Below, piece by piece: positions 1 through 10,343 of a DNA stretch of 64,000 nt. Position 1 is the stretch's first letter. Each line of letters starts with the position of its first letter. Both the position numbers and the translations under genes were made by a program. The DNA is from Octopus sinensis (Eukaryota). A model generated the notes under the pieces. It saw only the letters and a list, made by a program, of their open reading frames with translations. It searched no databases and was not told the origin of the DNA. The stretch spans positions 24,614,001-24,678,000 of the forward strand of contig NC_043018.1 of assembly GCF_006345805.1 (NCBI RefSeq), read 5' to 3'.

Positions 1-120
1 TTGACTAATATGGACCCCATGTTTTCCCAGATGTGAAAATGAGTTTTGCTTAGAGCCAATACCCTTACCTAGAAAAAAAAAGCAAGTTACAGAATCATTG
101 GTGACCATTCTGAACCAATA

Positions 121-322
121 AAATCTGGGAGAGGAAGGACTTCTCTCGAGAGAACGTATGCCTGAAGTGTAGGTGTGGATGAAACTCAAAAAGGGGACAA
201 GAGAAGCTGAAAAAAACACAGGAGTTCGACTGGAGAGGAGTAGAAAAGATAGTCCTGAGTAGAAACCGGTGGAAAAAGTAACCGGTGACTTTTGCTCCAT
301 GAAGAGCAAAGGGATTAAGTGA
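121..322 (+). mobile_element. Degenerate 3' end of a probable RTE-clade LINE
   Basis: Broken frames read ..DWRGVEKIVLSRNRWKK* and DFCSMKSKGIK*, resembling the W-x-x-V-E..R..W..LCS C-terminus of RTE ORFs; stops and frameshifts present. Confidence 0.35.
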
Positions 323-680
323 GTAATAAGTAGACAGATCTATTGATAGAGATGATTTAGTACTAGCGGTTGAAACTAATTAGAAATGTATGCGATGAAA
401 TTAGATAAATTACAACTTTTATTGAATTTAATTAAATTTAATACTATGGTGACAAGAGATAAATAGGTGAATTCATGTTGAAGAGATAAACAGGTGAATT
501 TGCGATGACACATATGTGGAGAGCATTAAACAATAATAACTTAGAAATATAATTAGGTGATGAGATTGACAAAGATAGGCAGACGTTGATATATAGCGAA
601 GTTAGTGTTGACATATTTAATGCAAGAGTGAGATATGCATATATATAATAAAAATTAAATATAGTTCTGCAATCAATCAA

Positions 681-738
681 TATATATGTGTGTGTGTGTG
701 TGTGTGTAATGCGCTACACGATTTTGTGTGTGTGTGTG

Positions 739-780
<42 letters not shown>
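681..780. repeat. (TG)n/(TA)n compound microsatellite
   Basis: Direct reading. Confidence 0.95.
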
Positions 781-784
<4 letters not shown>

Positions 785-884
785 GTTTGAGTAACGTTTT
801 AGCGTTTGAAGCTGTTGAATTTGTTCCTCTTGTTAAGATTTATTATGTTTTGTGAACCATTCTACTCGAGCTGGAGTCGTTCTG

Positions 885-924
<40 letters not shown>

Positions 925-928
925 GTAT

Positions 929-1330
929 GGTGAGCTGGCAGAAACGTTAGCACGCCGGGCGAAATGTTTTGCAACATTTCGTCTGCCGCTACGTTCTGAG
1001 TTCAAATTCCGCCGAGGTCGACTTTGTCTTTCATCCTTTCGGGGTCGATAAATTAAGTACCAGTTACGCACTGGGGTCGATATAATCGACTTAATCCGTT
1101 TGTCTGTCCTTGTTTGTCCTCTCTGTGTGTAGCCTCTTGTGGGCAGTAAAGAAATAGGTATTTCGTCTGACTCTACATTCTGAGTTCAAATTCCGCCGAG
1201 GTCGACTTTGTCTTTCTTCCTTTCGAGGTCGATAAATTAAGTACCAGTTACGTACTGGGGTCGATCTAATCGACTGGCTCCCTCCCTCCAAATTTCAGGC
1301 CTTGTGCCTTGAGCAGAAAGGATTATTATT
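929..1330 (+). mobile_element. tRNA-derived SINE family A, internally duplicated long form
   Basis: Head GGTGAGCTGGCAGAAACGTTAGC, B-box-like GAGTTCAAATTCC present twice, (ATT)n tail; more than 15 homologous copies in the window; CpGs retained. Confidence 0.9.
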
Positions 1331-1387
1331 ATTTTTGGGGAAGTTCCTTCTGCTATCTTCATTGTCTCATAATGTTTTAATGTTCAT

Positions 1388-1596
1388 GCAGCGAGCTGAC
1401 AGAATCGTTAGCACGCTGGACGACATGCTTGGCGACATTTCGCCTGTTGCTGCATTTTGAGTTCAAATTCCGCCGAGGTTGATTTTGCCTTTCATCCCTT
1501 TCGAGGTCGATAAATTAAGTACCAGTTGCATATTAGGGTTGATCAAATCGACTGCCCCCTCCCCCCTTGTGCCAAAAGTAGAAAGGATTATTTTAT
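1388..1596 (+). mobile_element. SINE family A short form flanked by ~59-bp direct repeats
   Basis: Homology to family A; flanks 1329-1387 and 1597-1655 are about 90% identical. Confidence 0.8.
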
Positions 1597-2063
1597 TTAT
1601 TTTCTGGGATGTTCCTTCCGCTGTCTTCATTGTCCCATAATGTTTTAATGTTCATAAATTCCGATGCTTTGCCCGGCATTGCAACATTCATAAGAAATTT
1701 CGATGTTATTTTATCGTTTGGTCTGCCGCAGTATCTATAGTCTAGGCAGTGAAATAGCCTGAATTGTGTTGCGGTTAGGGTTAGGAACACTTTGAAATTA
1801 CAGATTGAAAATTCAGAAAGCCATGATGAACTTCCGCTGTGAATCATACATGTAAAGTATTTTGAGGGTGATAAATGTAATTTTCTTATTTTCCTGTTAT
1901 TTTGGGTTTTTTTTTCTTTTACCTACTTCCTTATCCTCTAATTATAACTTTCATCATTAACTTTCCCAACAATAATTCCGCCATTGTCGACGGTTCAGGT
2001 ATTAGAGTTATTTTAATAACTGTAGAAAAAAAAAACAAACAAAAACGGGAGACAACTGCAGCT

Positions 2064-2182
2064 ATGTTTCGGTTTTATGAAGTCTTCATTAGCGACAGTG
2101 TAGCAGATTTCTGTGTACTTGCCGAAGTTAGTGATGACAGACTGACTAAGCAAATATGTCAAAAAATTGTAGATTCATTTAC
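2064..2182 (+). CDS. Candidate exon of an unidentified gene (MFRFYEVFISDSVADFCVLAEVSDDRLTKQICQKIVDSF)
   Basis: Unique sequence, open frame from ATG 2064, donor TTAC|GTAAGA at 2183; no homology recognised. Confidence 0.25.
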
Positions 2183-2520
2183 GTAAGAAAACAGAATAGA
2201 TGACCGAGACACAATGTCTGCATGAAGAGATGATGGTTAGGTTCGATATTAAAATGTTTGATACACGGAACATTATTGAAAGCTAACTAAAAATAAGTAT
2301 GGTGAAGTAAAAACCACGTTGATGTCACTGCAATTGTTGATCGGAGGGTGGGCGAATAAATGACGTAAGAGCTAGCTAAATTTAACGTAGTTTTTAAATT
2401 CAGTTCGGCGGCCATAGTTTTGGTGTCGTACAGGCTACTGGAGTATTATTTGTACGATTTAATGTTGGTGTTTGTGTATGTGTGGTGAGAGTAGTAATAT
2501 TGTGTGCGCGTGACGCAGAC

Positions 2521-2685
2521 ATGGTTGTATGGTAATAATAATAAGATTGCTTCCCTACCTACCACATAGTTCCAGGTTTAGTCACACTGCATGGTACCTT
2601 GAGCAAGTGCCGACCAAAGCCTTGTGAGTGGATTTGGTAGACGAAGACTGAAAGAAGCCTGTCATATATGTGTGTATGTATATAT

Positions 2686-2729
<44 letters not shown>

Positions 2730-2871
2730 GGAGTAAACACATAAATGTGAAATAAGGTGGAAAAAAGAGTACTCAAATACCAGTGGTAGAGTAATATGCT
2801 TTATTTAAAGCAGCGGGAACGTGAAACTCAGAGTAACAGGTTTTGTTGAATTTTCCGCTGCTTTAAATAAA

Positions 2872-2907
<36 letters not shown>

Positions 2908-3199
2908 TGGTGCCCCAGCATGACCGCAACTTTAAAGCTGAAGCAATTTAAAGAATTGTGTGTTTGTGTGTATCTTTATGTCTGTTTGTTCCCCTGTCAC
3001 TGCTTCAGAACCGGTGTTGGTGTGTTTACGTCTCCGTAACTTAGTGGTTCTGCAAAATAGGCCGACAGAATAAGAACTAGGCTTTAAAACAAAACGAAAC
3101 AAAACAAAAAACATCCCGGGATTGATTTCTTAGACTAAAAAAAAACCCTTCAAGGCGGTGCTCCTGCATGGCCGCAGTCAAATGACTAAAACAAGTAAA
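2521..3199 (+). mobile_element. SINE family B (tRNA-like head, internal (TA)n, 3' module ending GCATGGCCGCAGTCAAATGACT..AAACAAGTAAA) with an insertion in its microsatellite
   Basis: Homology to about 25 other copies in the window. Confidence 0.85.
2728..2873. mobile_element. Small Penelope-like fragment with 18-bp perfect inverted repeat and the 3' half of a hammerhead motif
   Basis: Arms CTTTATTTAAAGCAGCGG (2799-2816) and its reverse complement (2855-2872); GAAAC-TCAGA-GTA-ACAG at 2823-2839; (TA)n on both sides. Confidence 0.45.
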
Positions 3200-4139
3200 T
3201 GTGTGTGTGAGACAATATTAATGATGTGTGTAGTGGTGGTGGTAGTACTGACAGTCGTGTGTAAATGTTTGTTGGTGCATTTGGTATTACTGGGTGTGTC
3301 GTGCTAGTAGTATGTCTGGTGAATAGTAGTGGTGGTAGTGTTATTGACGTGTGGTGGTGGTGGTAGTAGTATTTCTAGTGTGTGCAATAGTAGTTGATAT
3401 ATATATACACACACACACATACACAACGGGCTTCTTTCAGTTTCCATCTACCAAATCTACTCACAAGGCTTTGGTCTGCCCGAGGCTTATAGTAAAAGAC
3501 ACTTATTCAAGGTGCCATGCAGTGGGACTGAACGCACAATCCTGTGGTTTGAAAGCAGATTTCTTACCACAGTCACGCTTTATTTATTTATTTATTTATT
3601 TAGTTATTATTTGATATTCTTGTTTCATTCATCGAGAATTATGATTCTGAAAAAAAGAATTTTTTTCCAAAAATAGCAACATTTCCTTTTCCATTTTCCC
3701 CCCTCGCCCCTTCCTTTTCCATTTTCATGACGTATGAGACGTCGAGAGACAACTATTGGGAAATTCCGTTGACTGAAGAAGTTAATTCCAACCGTGGCCT
3801 TCTCGTTTGTTTGTTTGTCCCCCCCCCCCACCCCCACCCCTTTGTATCGGAAAGCTTTATTTAAGACGGAACTGGTGTGGTTTGAGGAAGAAATATTTAG
3901 CTGCTATTTCTAGCTGGCTGAGTGCTTGCGTAAGTGGCTCCGTTTGAGCTTGTTGTGGTGGCGGTGGTGGTGGTGGTGGTGATGGTGACGTGTTACAGGT
4001 GCGAGTGGTGGTGGTGGTGGTGTGTAGTTTTGATAAGTCAACCTGATCTAGGTCACAGTCTATATATAGCAACCGACGCTGATCGAAATGCTGGAATGTG
4101 ACCCAGAAATACTCTGTACCTGCATCGGTGTTAATCATT

Positions 4140-4620
4140 TCAGTTATTAGACTGCGGCCATGCTGGAGCACCGCCTTGAGTTTTTAGTTGAGCCAGTCGG
4201 CCCTAGTAGTCATTGATTTTATTTTATTTTTGTTTTAAACTTGGTACTTATTCTATCGAACCCTTTTGTCGAACCACTAAGTTACGGGGATGTAAACACA
4301 CCAACACCGGTTTTCAAGCGGTGGTAGGACACACAGTGTGTGTGTATATATATATAAGGGCTAAGTTATGGGAACGAAAAGACCATCGGTTTGTCAAGCG
4401 GTTGTAGGACACTGTGTGTGTGTGTGTTGTGTGTGTGTGTGTGTGTGTGTAGGACAGCGGGCTTTCAGTTTCTGTCAACCACATTAACTCAAAGCTTTGG
4501 TCGGCCCGAGGCCATTATAAGAAAACACTTGTCCGAGGTGCCACGCATAGGGACTGAACCCGGAACCCGACACCACGTGGTTGGGAAGCGAACTTCTTAC
4601 CACACATCCGCACCCACATC
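4140..4620 (-). mobile_element. SINE family B
   Basis: Reverse-complement homology to family B 3' and 5' modules. Confidence 0.8.
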
Positions 4621-4683
4621 CACGCCTGTGCCTATTGTGACAAATTAACGAGGAAGCACCTCCACATTATTTTGCCTAAACAG

Positions 4684-4717
4684 GTCACCCAGGAAAATTC
4701 CGTGGACTGCTGAACTG
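4684..4717 (+). CDS. Candidate 34-nt exon (T/SPRKIPWTAEL)
   Basis: ATTATTTTGCCTAAACAG acceptor, CTG|GTCAGT donor, phase compatible with 2064-2182. Confidence 0.2.
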
Positions 4718-5004
4718 GTCAGTCCAGCACTCCACAGACAGTTTCCAAGCTGTTCACTGGTCCCGGTGATCCTTTAAATCCGTGTACGGGTCAAAACCAA
4801 ATGCGATACCTCTGACTCCCGTTAATTTCTTTGTTGCATTCTGTTTACTCTCTTGCTCATTTCAGCCATGCGGCTGCGGTCATGCTGGAGCACCTCTGTT
4901 TGTGAAACAAAAAAAAAACAAAAAAAATTCGTCCTTCCCCCATTAATTTACCATATTCTTGCCGAAATACTTAGCAGTATATCACCTGATGAAATTGCTA
5001 AGCT

Positions 5005-5468
5005 TTTTTCCCAGCCACATGGTTCCGGGTTCAGTCCCACTGCGTGGCACCTTGGGCAAGTGTCTTCTACTTAGCTTCGAGCTAACCAAAGCCTTTTGAG
5101 TGGATTTGGTAGACGGAAACTGAAAGAAACCTGTCGTGTATGTGTGTGTATTCACTTTTTATTTGTTTCATTCATTTGACTGTGGCCATGCTGGAGCACC
5201 GCCCTTAGTCGAAGAAATCGACCCCAGGACTTATTTTTGTAAGCCTCGTACTTATTCTATTGGTATCTTTTGCCGAACCGCTAAGTTACCAGCATCGGTT
5301 GTCAAGCGATGGTGGGGGACAAACATAGACACTACCAAATCTACTTGCAAGGCATTGGTCGGCTTGAGGCTATAGTAGAAGTCACTTGCCCAAGGTGCCA
5401 CGCGGTGGGACTGAACACATAATCATGTGGTTGATAAGCAAGCAACTTACCAGACAGCCACTCCTGTG

Positions 5469-5470
<2 letters not shown>
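5005..5470. mobile_element. SINE family B 5' half (+, 5005-5140) adjacent to a minus-strand family B copy (5160-5470)
   Basis: Family homology in both orientations. Confidence 0.75.
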
Positions 5471-5515
<45 letters not shown>

Positions 5516-5869
5516 AGTGTTTGTGTCTGTGTTTGACCCCATCCTCCGCTTGACAACTGGTGTTGTGTTTACGTCCTCGGCGGCGGCGATGACGGTGCTG
5601 ACGGCAGTGGTGGTAATATGGTGACGGCGATAGTGTTGATGGCGTAGTTGTATCGACTAAAACAGTCCGTCTGGGAATGACCACCTTTTCTTTAATGTTC
5701 CTTTGTTGCCCACCTTGTATCAAGTCCTGTCCTAACTTGTCTGCCGTCTGATGATCAGCGGCGAATTGGCGGAGTCTTATTTTCCTGCTTGATTCACACA
5801 AGCAGACGATGTGGTTTGTACGCGTCGTGTGGTTTATGTGTACGGCGGAGGGGAGGAGGAGGAGGGTGA

Positions 5870-6420
5870 GATGCTGAAGGAGATTGGTAGAGGGAGTAAG
5901 TGTGGGAGAGAGAGAAAGAAAGAAAGGCGTGCTGGAGAAAGACATTGACGGAAAGAGGCGAGAGAGAGAGAGAGAGAGAAAGAAGGGGAGGGAGAGGGTA
6001 CTGGAGAAAGAGAAAGCAGAGATTATGTAGAGAGGTGGGGGAGGCTATGGATGTAGAGAGAAGCGGGAAAGATTATGGATGTGGGGAGAGAGAGAGAGAG
6101 AGAGGAGGGATATTATGGAGAGAGAGAGAGGAGGGGATATTATGGAGAGAGAGAGAGGAGGGATATTATGGAAAGGGAGAGAGAGGGGGGAATATGGAGA
6201 GAGAGAGGAGGGGGAGATTATTGTTGTAGAGAGTGAGAATGAGGTGTTATACGTAGTGAGAACGGGATCTTTAGGCCGGGAATAAAGAGGGTGTAGGTAT
6301 GTAAAGAGAGAGAGAGAGAGGGAGGAATGCTGAAGGTAGAGGGAGTAGGGAGTATTTTCGGTCGGGAAAAGAGAGACGAGTAGAGGATTGTTGATCGATG
6401 TGTGTGTGTGTGAGAGAGAA
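5870..6420. repeat. (GA)n-rich purine tract with short GGATATTATGGAGAGAGAG subrepeats
   Basis: Direct reading. Confidence 0.85.
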
Positions 6421-6742
6421 ACAAGGAGAATGGTTAATAATGTTTAATTGTTGGCCAGTTCTGCTAAAGCTGGCCTATCATCAAGTGCATTGCAGCGGTG
6501 GCCATTCTCATTTTTTAAAAAATTCCTTATGTACAGTAGGGAACTGAGTACCACCATTAACTTAGATAACTTTGATAGGTTTCGGTCAGTATAGGCCCAG
6601 GCAATGTCTAACTTAATATAAGCACCACCTGGTGAAGTCTTTTAGTCGTACATGGGGCACCATGACCGACGCTAGCAAAGAGTTATTATTGTTGGAAACA
6701 TATCCGGGTGTAGGAGGTTGGTCCGTGATTTTTTTTGAGAAA

Positions 6743-6908
6743 TTTGTCCAGAGAACTTTCGAATTTTATGGTTTCCGTTTCCATTTTTCCAGAGAACTTT
6801 CGAATTTTATGGGTTCCGTTTCCATTTGTCCAGAGAACTTTCGAATTTTATGGGTTCCGTTTCCATTTGTCCAGAGAACTTTCGAATTTTATGGGTTCCG
6901 TGTCCGTT
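6743..6908. repeat. 41-bp tandem repeat, about 4 copies (TTGTCCAGAGAACTTTCGAATTTTATGGGTTCCGTTTCCAT)
   Basis: CCAGAGAAC recurs at 6748, 6789, 6830, 6871. Confidence 0.95.
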
Positions 6909-7363
6909 TCGACGTATTTTGGTATAATAAAGTGAGCTGGACCGGTTGAGGTAAAGTAGTTGTGTCGTAATGTTTTATGTCCTGAGTTCGATATGTCCTC
7001 TCTAAAGTGGGTGAGTTGTGACTTGTGGAAGATTTGACTGCTATTTCTAGAAGATCGGACAACTCTGTCGAGCAGTCATGTACAATCTGCGGTTCGCAAG
7101 AGCCAGCAGACTGCACACAAGTACTGAGCCATGTGATGGTTTGGAGAGAATAGCTCGCTTCTGTTGCTTTGACTGTGTTCTGAATTCTGATTCTGCCGAA
7201 GCCAGTTTTGTTTTTCGTCCTTTCCGGGTCGATAAATAAAGCCCCAAACCCAAGGCAGTGGATTGGCAGAACTGTTAAAGCATTGGACGGGTTGCCTTTT
7301 GGTATCTGTTCCAGTTCTTTGAGCTGTGGTGCTAATGACACGGTGAGGACACAGTGTCATTAG

Positions 7364-7464
7364 GCAAGAAATGAACTGGAACGTCGGATGAGAGCTAAAG
7401 GAAGATTACCAAAAACTGCACCATCAGAAGGAACCAGCCTTGGCTTTTTACTCAGAGGAATTCG
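7364..7464 (+). CDS. Candidate exon (ARNELERRMRAKGRLPKTAPSEGTSLGFLLRGI)
   Basis: Unique sequence, open frame, CATTAG acceptor (weak), TTCG|GTATCT donor; phase compatible with 4684-4717. Confidence 0.2.
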
Positions 7465-7504
7465 GTATCTGCCTGGATATTATATCCGTCCTCTCGCTAT
7501 GTAT

Positions 7505-7707
7505 TCTTTTACTTGTTTGTCATTTCACTGCGGCCATGCTGGAGCACCGCCTTTTTTTTATTCGAAGAAATCGGCCCCAGAACTCATTCTTTGTAAGTCT
7601 GGTACTTATACTATCGGTCCCTTTTGCCGAACGGCCAAGTTACGGGAACGTAAACACAACAACACCGGTTGTCAAGCGATGGTAAGAGGACCACTGACAC
7701 ACACAAA

Positions 7708-7783
<76 letters not shown>

Positions 7784-8085
7784 ATACACGATAAGCTTGT
7801 TTCAGTTTCCGTCTACCAAATCCACTAACAAGGCTAAGGTCGGCCCGAAGCTTTAGTCGAAGACACTTCCCGAAGGTGCCACGCAGTAGGACTGAACCCA
7901 GAACCACGTGGTTGGAAAACAAGCTTCTTACCCCCCGCCACACACACATACACACATGCGTGCACCCACACATACGCACAAAGCTTTCCATCTACCAAAT
8001 TACTCACAAGGCATTGGTCTGCCCACGGCTGTTGTACAAGACACTTGCCTAAGGTGCCTGCGCAGTTGGACTGAACCAAAAACCA
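7505..8085 (-). mobile_element. SINE family B copy with (CA)n centre plus a second 5' half
   Basis: Family homology. Confidence 0.8.
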
Positions 8086-8483
8086 CGTAGGTAGGGTAGG
8101 GTAGGGTAGGTAGATAGGAGGGGTTTGTTGACGAGAAGGTAGAAGCTCACTGTTCGGGAATAGAAAATAAATCACTGGAAAATGTCAAATTGTTTTATTA
8201 ATAAACTAATGTCGTAAGTGACTTATTAAAACGTCGTTTATTATACCAACACAGTCATTTATTTAACAGCATTTATACGTAAGACAAATCTCAGTAGGTA
8301 GTTTTTGTATAGCTTTCCTCTCCCCCCCTCTCTCGTGTGTGTGGGAGGGTGGGTGTTGTCAAATAAAAAAAAAACGAAAACAGGAAAAAACCAAAGTCAA
8401 AAGGACGTACATACTGAATGTAATAGGTTAACGCTCAGAGAAAGAGAGAGAGAATTTGTGATTGGAAAAGGATGAGGGGGTGT

Positions 8484-8511
8484 AACGTTTCGAGCGTGGC
8501 TCTTTCGTCAG
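8484..8511 (-). ncRNA. Minimal hammerhead-like motif, degenerate
   Basis: Minus strand CTGACGA-AA-GAGC-CAC-GCTC-GAAAC-GTT; stem I not well formed. Confidence 0.3.
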
Positions 8512-8739
8512 AAAGAGGAGAAATGTCAAGAGAGACGGGAAACAATAGTCCGAGAAAAACGTGTGTGTGTGTGTAAATGTCAAATAATGAAAATGAGTGC
8601 TCAACACCATATTGGTGGATAGAATTTATTTGTGAATTAAGGCTACCATTGGTTTCGTGTTAAGAGAAGTAGGAAAATATCCTTGTGTCTTAACAATTTT
8701 TCAAGCCTATCATATGGTGTGTGTATGTGTTCTTTTGTT

Positions 8740-8960
8740 CTTTTACTTATTTCAGTCATTTGACTGCGGCCATGCTGGAGCACCGCCTTAAAGGGGTTTT
8801 AGTCGAAGAAATGGCCCCGACTCCCGACTCCATGACTTATTCTTTGTAAGCTTGGTACGTATTCTATCGGTGTCTTTGGTCGAACCGCGAAGTTACGGGG
8901 ACATAACCGCACCAACATCGGTTATCAAGCGACGGTGGGGTTGGACAGACACACACACAT
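8740..8960 (-). mobile_element. SINE family B 3' module
   Basis: Family homology. Confidence 0.8.
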
Positions 8961-9146
8961 AAATAAATAAATATATATATACAATGTAACTGAACTGCGC
9001 TAAACCAAAAGAAACGACGCAAATTGAGTCATCTAATGATTTCCTGAAAACTAATGTGTAATCTTTCTAACTAACTTAGGTTATCTCCGTTTATCTGTAA
9101 TTTATCGCCAGTTATCTATTTAAACCCTCTCCAATTTAAAAACTGT

Positions 9147-9177
<31 letters not shown>

Positions 9178-9400
9178 TTAGAAGAAATAAGGTACTCAGA
9201 AATTTAGATGGTTTTATATTTACAGATTTTATTAATGTCGCATGTTTTTATAAATCATATATTAGCGCTTGCGTCCACTCTAGCGGAGTCGTCAGAGTGG
9301 ACGCAAGCGCTAATATATGATTTATAAAAACATGTGACGTATTAATAAAAATCTGTAAATATAAAACCATCCAGATTTCTGAGTACCTTATTTCTTCTAA
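9178..9400. mobile_element. Near-perfect fold-back element (arms about 105 bp, 12-nt loop), Penelope-like inversion or MITE
   Basis: TTAGAAGAAATAAGGTACTCAGAAA...GCGTCCACTCT / AGAGTGGACGC...TTTCTGAGTACCTTATTTCTTCTAA; loop 9282-9293; (TA)n context. Confidence 0.8.
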
Positions 9401-9489
9401 TATATAATACCTGTATTATATTCCGTATTTGGTGTTTGAGCAAACCGCCATTTTCATCTTAATATACACATTGGGTGAAGGCCGCGAAC

Positions 9490-9720
9490 TGGCAGAATTA
9501 CGGCTACGTAAACACACCAATATCGGTTGTCAAGCGGTGGTGGGAGACAAACATACGCGCGCGCGCGCGCGACGGTTTCCTTTCAGTTTCCATTTACCAC
9601 ATCCATTCAGAAGGCTTTGGTCGATCCCAGGCTTTAGTAGAAAGCACTTTCCCAAAGTGCTCCGCAGTGCGACTGAACCTGAAACCGCGTGTTTTGTAAG
9701 CAAGCCTCTTACCACATGCA
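9490..9720 (-). mobile_element. SINE family B
   Basis: Family homology. Confidence 0.75.
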
Positions 9721-9846
9721 CCTATTATAAATGTCTGATAACAATCGCCCACGTTTTGATTTGCTTTCTACATGTATTTTGTGTAACACACTGTCTCGGG
9801 TTTCTTAACAAAGTATACATTTACGGTACACGAACAGAACTACATA

Positions 9847-9891
9847 TGAATCTTAAACTGCGCAACAATTTATTGCGCAGTTTAAGATTCA
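9847..9891. repeat. Perfect 19-bp inverted repeat with 7-nt loop
   Basis: TGAATCTTAAACTGCGCAA-CAATTTA-TTGCGCAGTTTAAGATTCA. Confidence 0.9.
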
Positions 9892-9911
9892 AATTACCTG
9901 GATGAATTATA

Positions 9912-10185
9912 TACGAGGTTCCCAGTTGATCCAATCAATGGAACTGCCTCTTCGGGAAATTAAGGTGCAAGTGGCTGAGCACTTCACAGACACACGTACC
10001 TTTAACCGTGGTTCTGGGTGTGATTCAGCGTAACAGAGAGAGTGATTAAGCTGGCTCTTTGAACTACAGGTGCAATACATTTTCGCCAGCGGAGTGAACT
10101 GGAGCAACGTGGAATTAAGTGCTTTGTTTACGAACACAACGCTCCGCCGATGATCAAACTCACGTGAGCCTAAACCACGCATCTT
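9912..10185 (-). mobile_element. Hybrid SINE: family D-type 5' module plus family C-type 3' module
   Basis: Colinear with 62395-62705; shares 3' module with 16926-17290. Confidence 0.65.
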
Positions 10186-10343
10186 CACAAAATTGTGTCT
10201 ATACACACACACTAAGGGAGTGTTTGACCTTTTGTTTTCAGGATGTGACAGTTATAGTTCGGTAATTAGGAGCTTTTAGTCAGGTATGCCTGCTAACTGC
10301 GCCTAAATTGAAGATGACGCACCTAAATAGATATACCTGTTTA

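Noticed and set aside
2064-2182. TIR-domain similarity of FYEVFISDS
   Set aside because: Only box-1-like; no RDxxPG box 2 or other TIR features follow
5745-5770. CTGATGA motifs here and at 4984, 42210, 48993, 61041
   Set aside because: No downstream GAAA-stem III-NUH or stem I
5514-5945. 143-aa minus ORF or exon RKIRLRQFAADHQTADKLGQDLIQ
   Set aside because: The ORF is mostly simple repeat; poor acceptor, phase incompatible with the other candidates
6743-6908. CRISPR-like array (also 10344-11005, 52905-53715)
   Set aside because: No unique spacers, no cas genes, eukaryotic context
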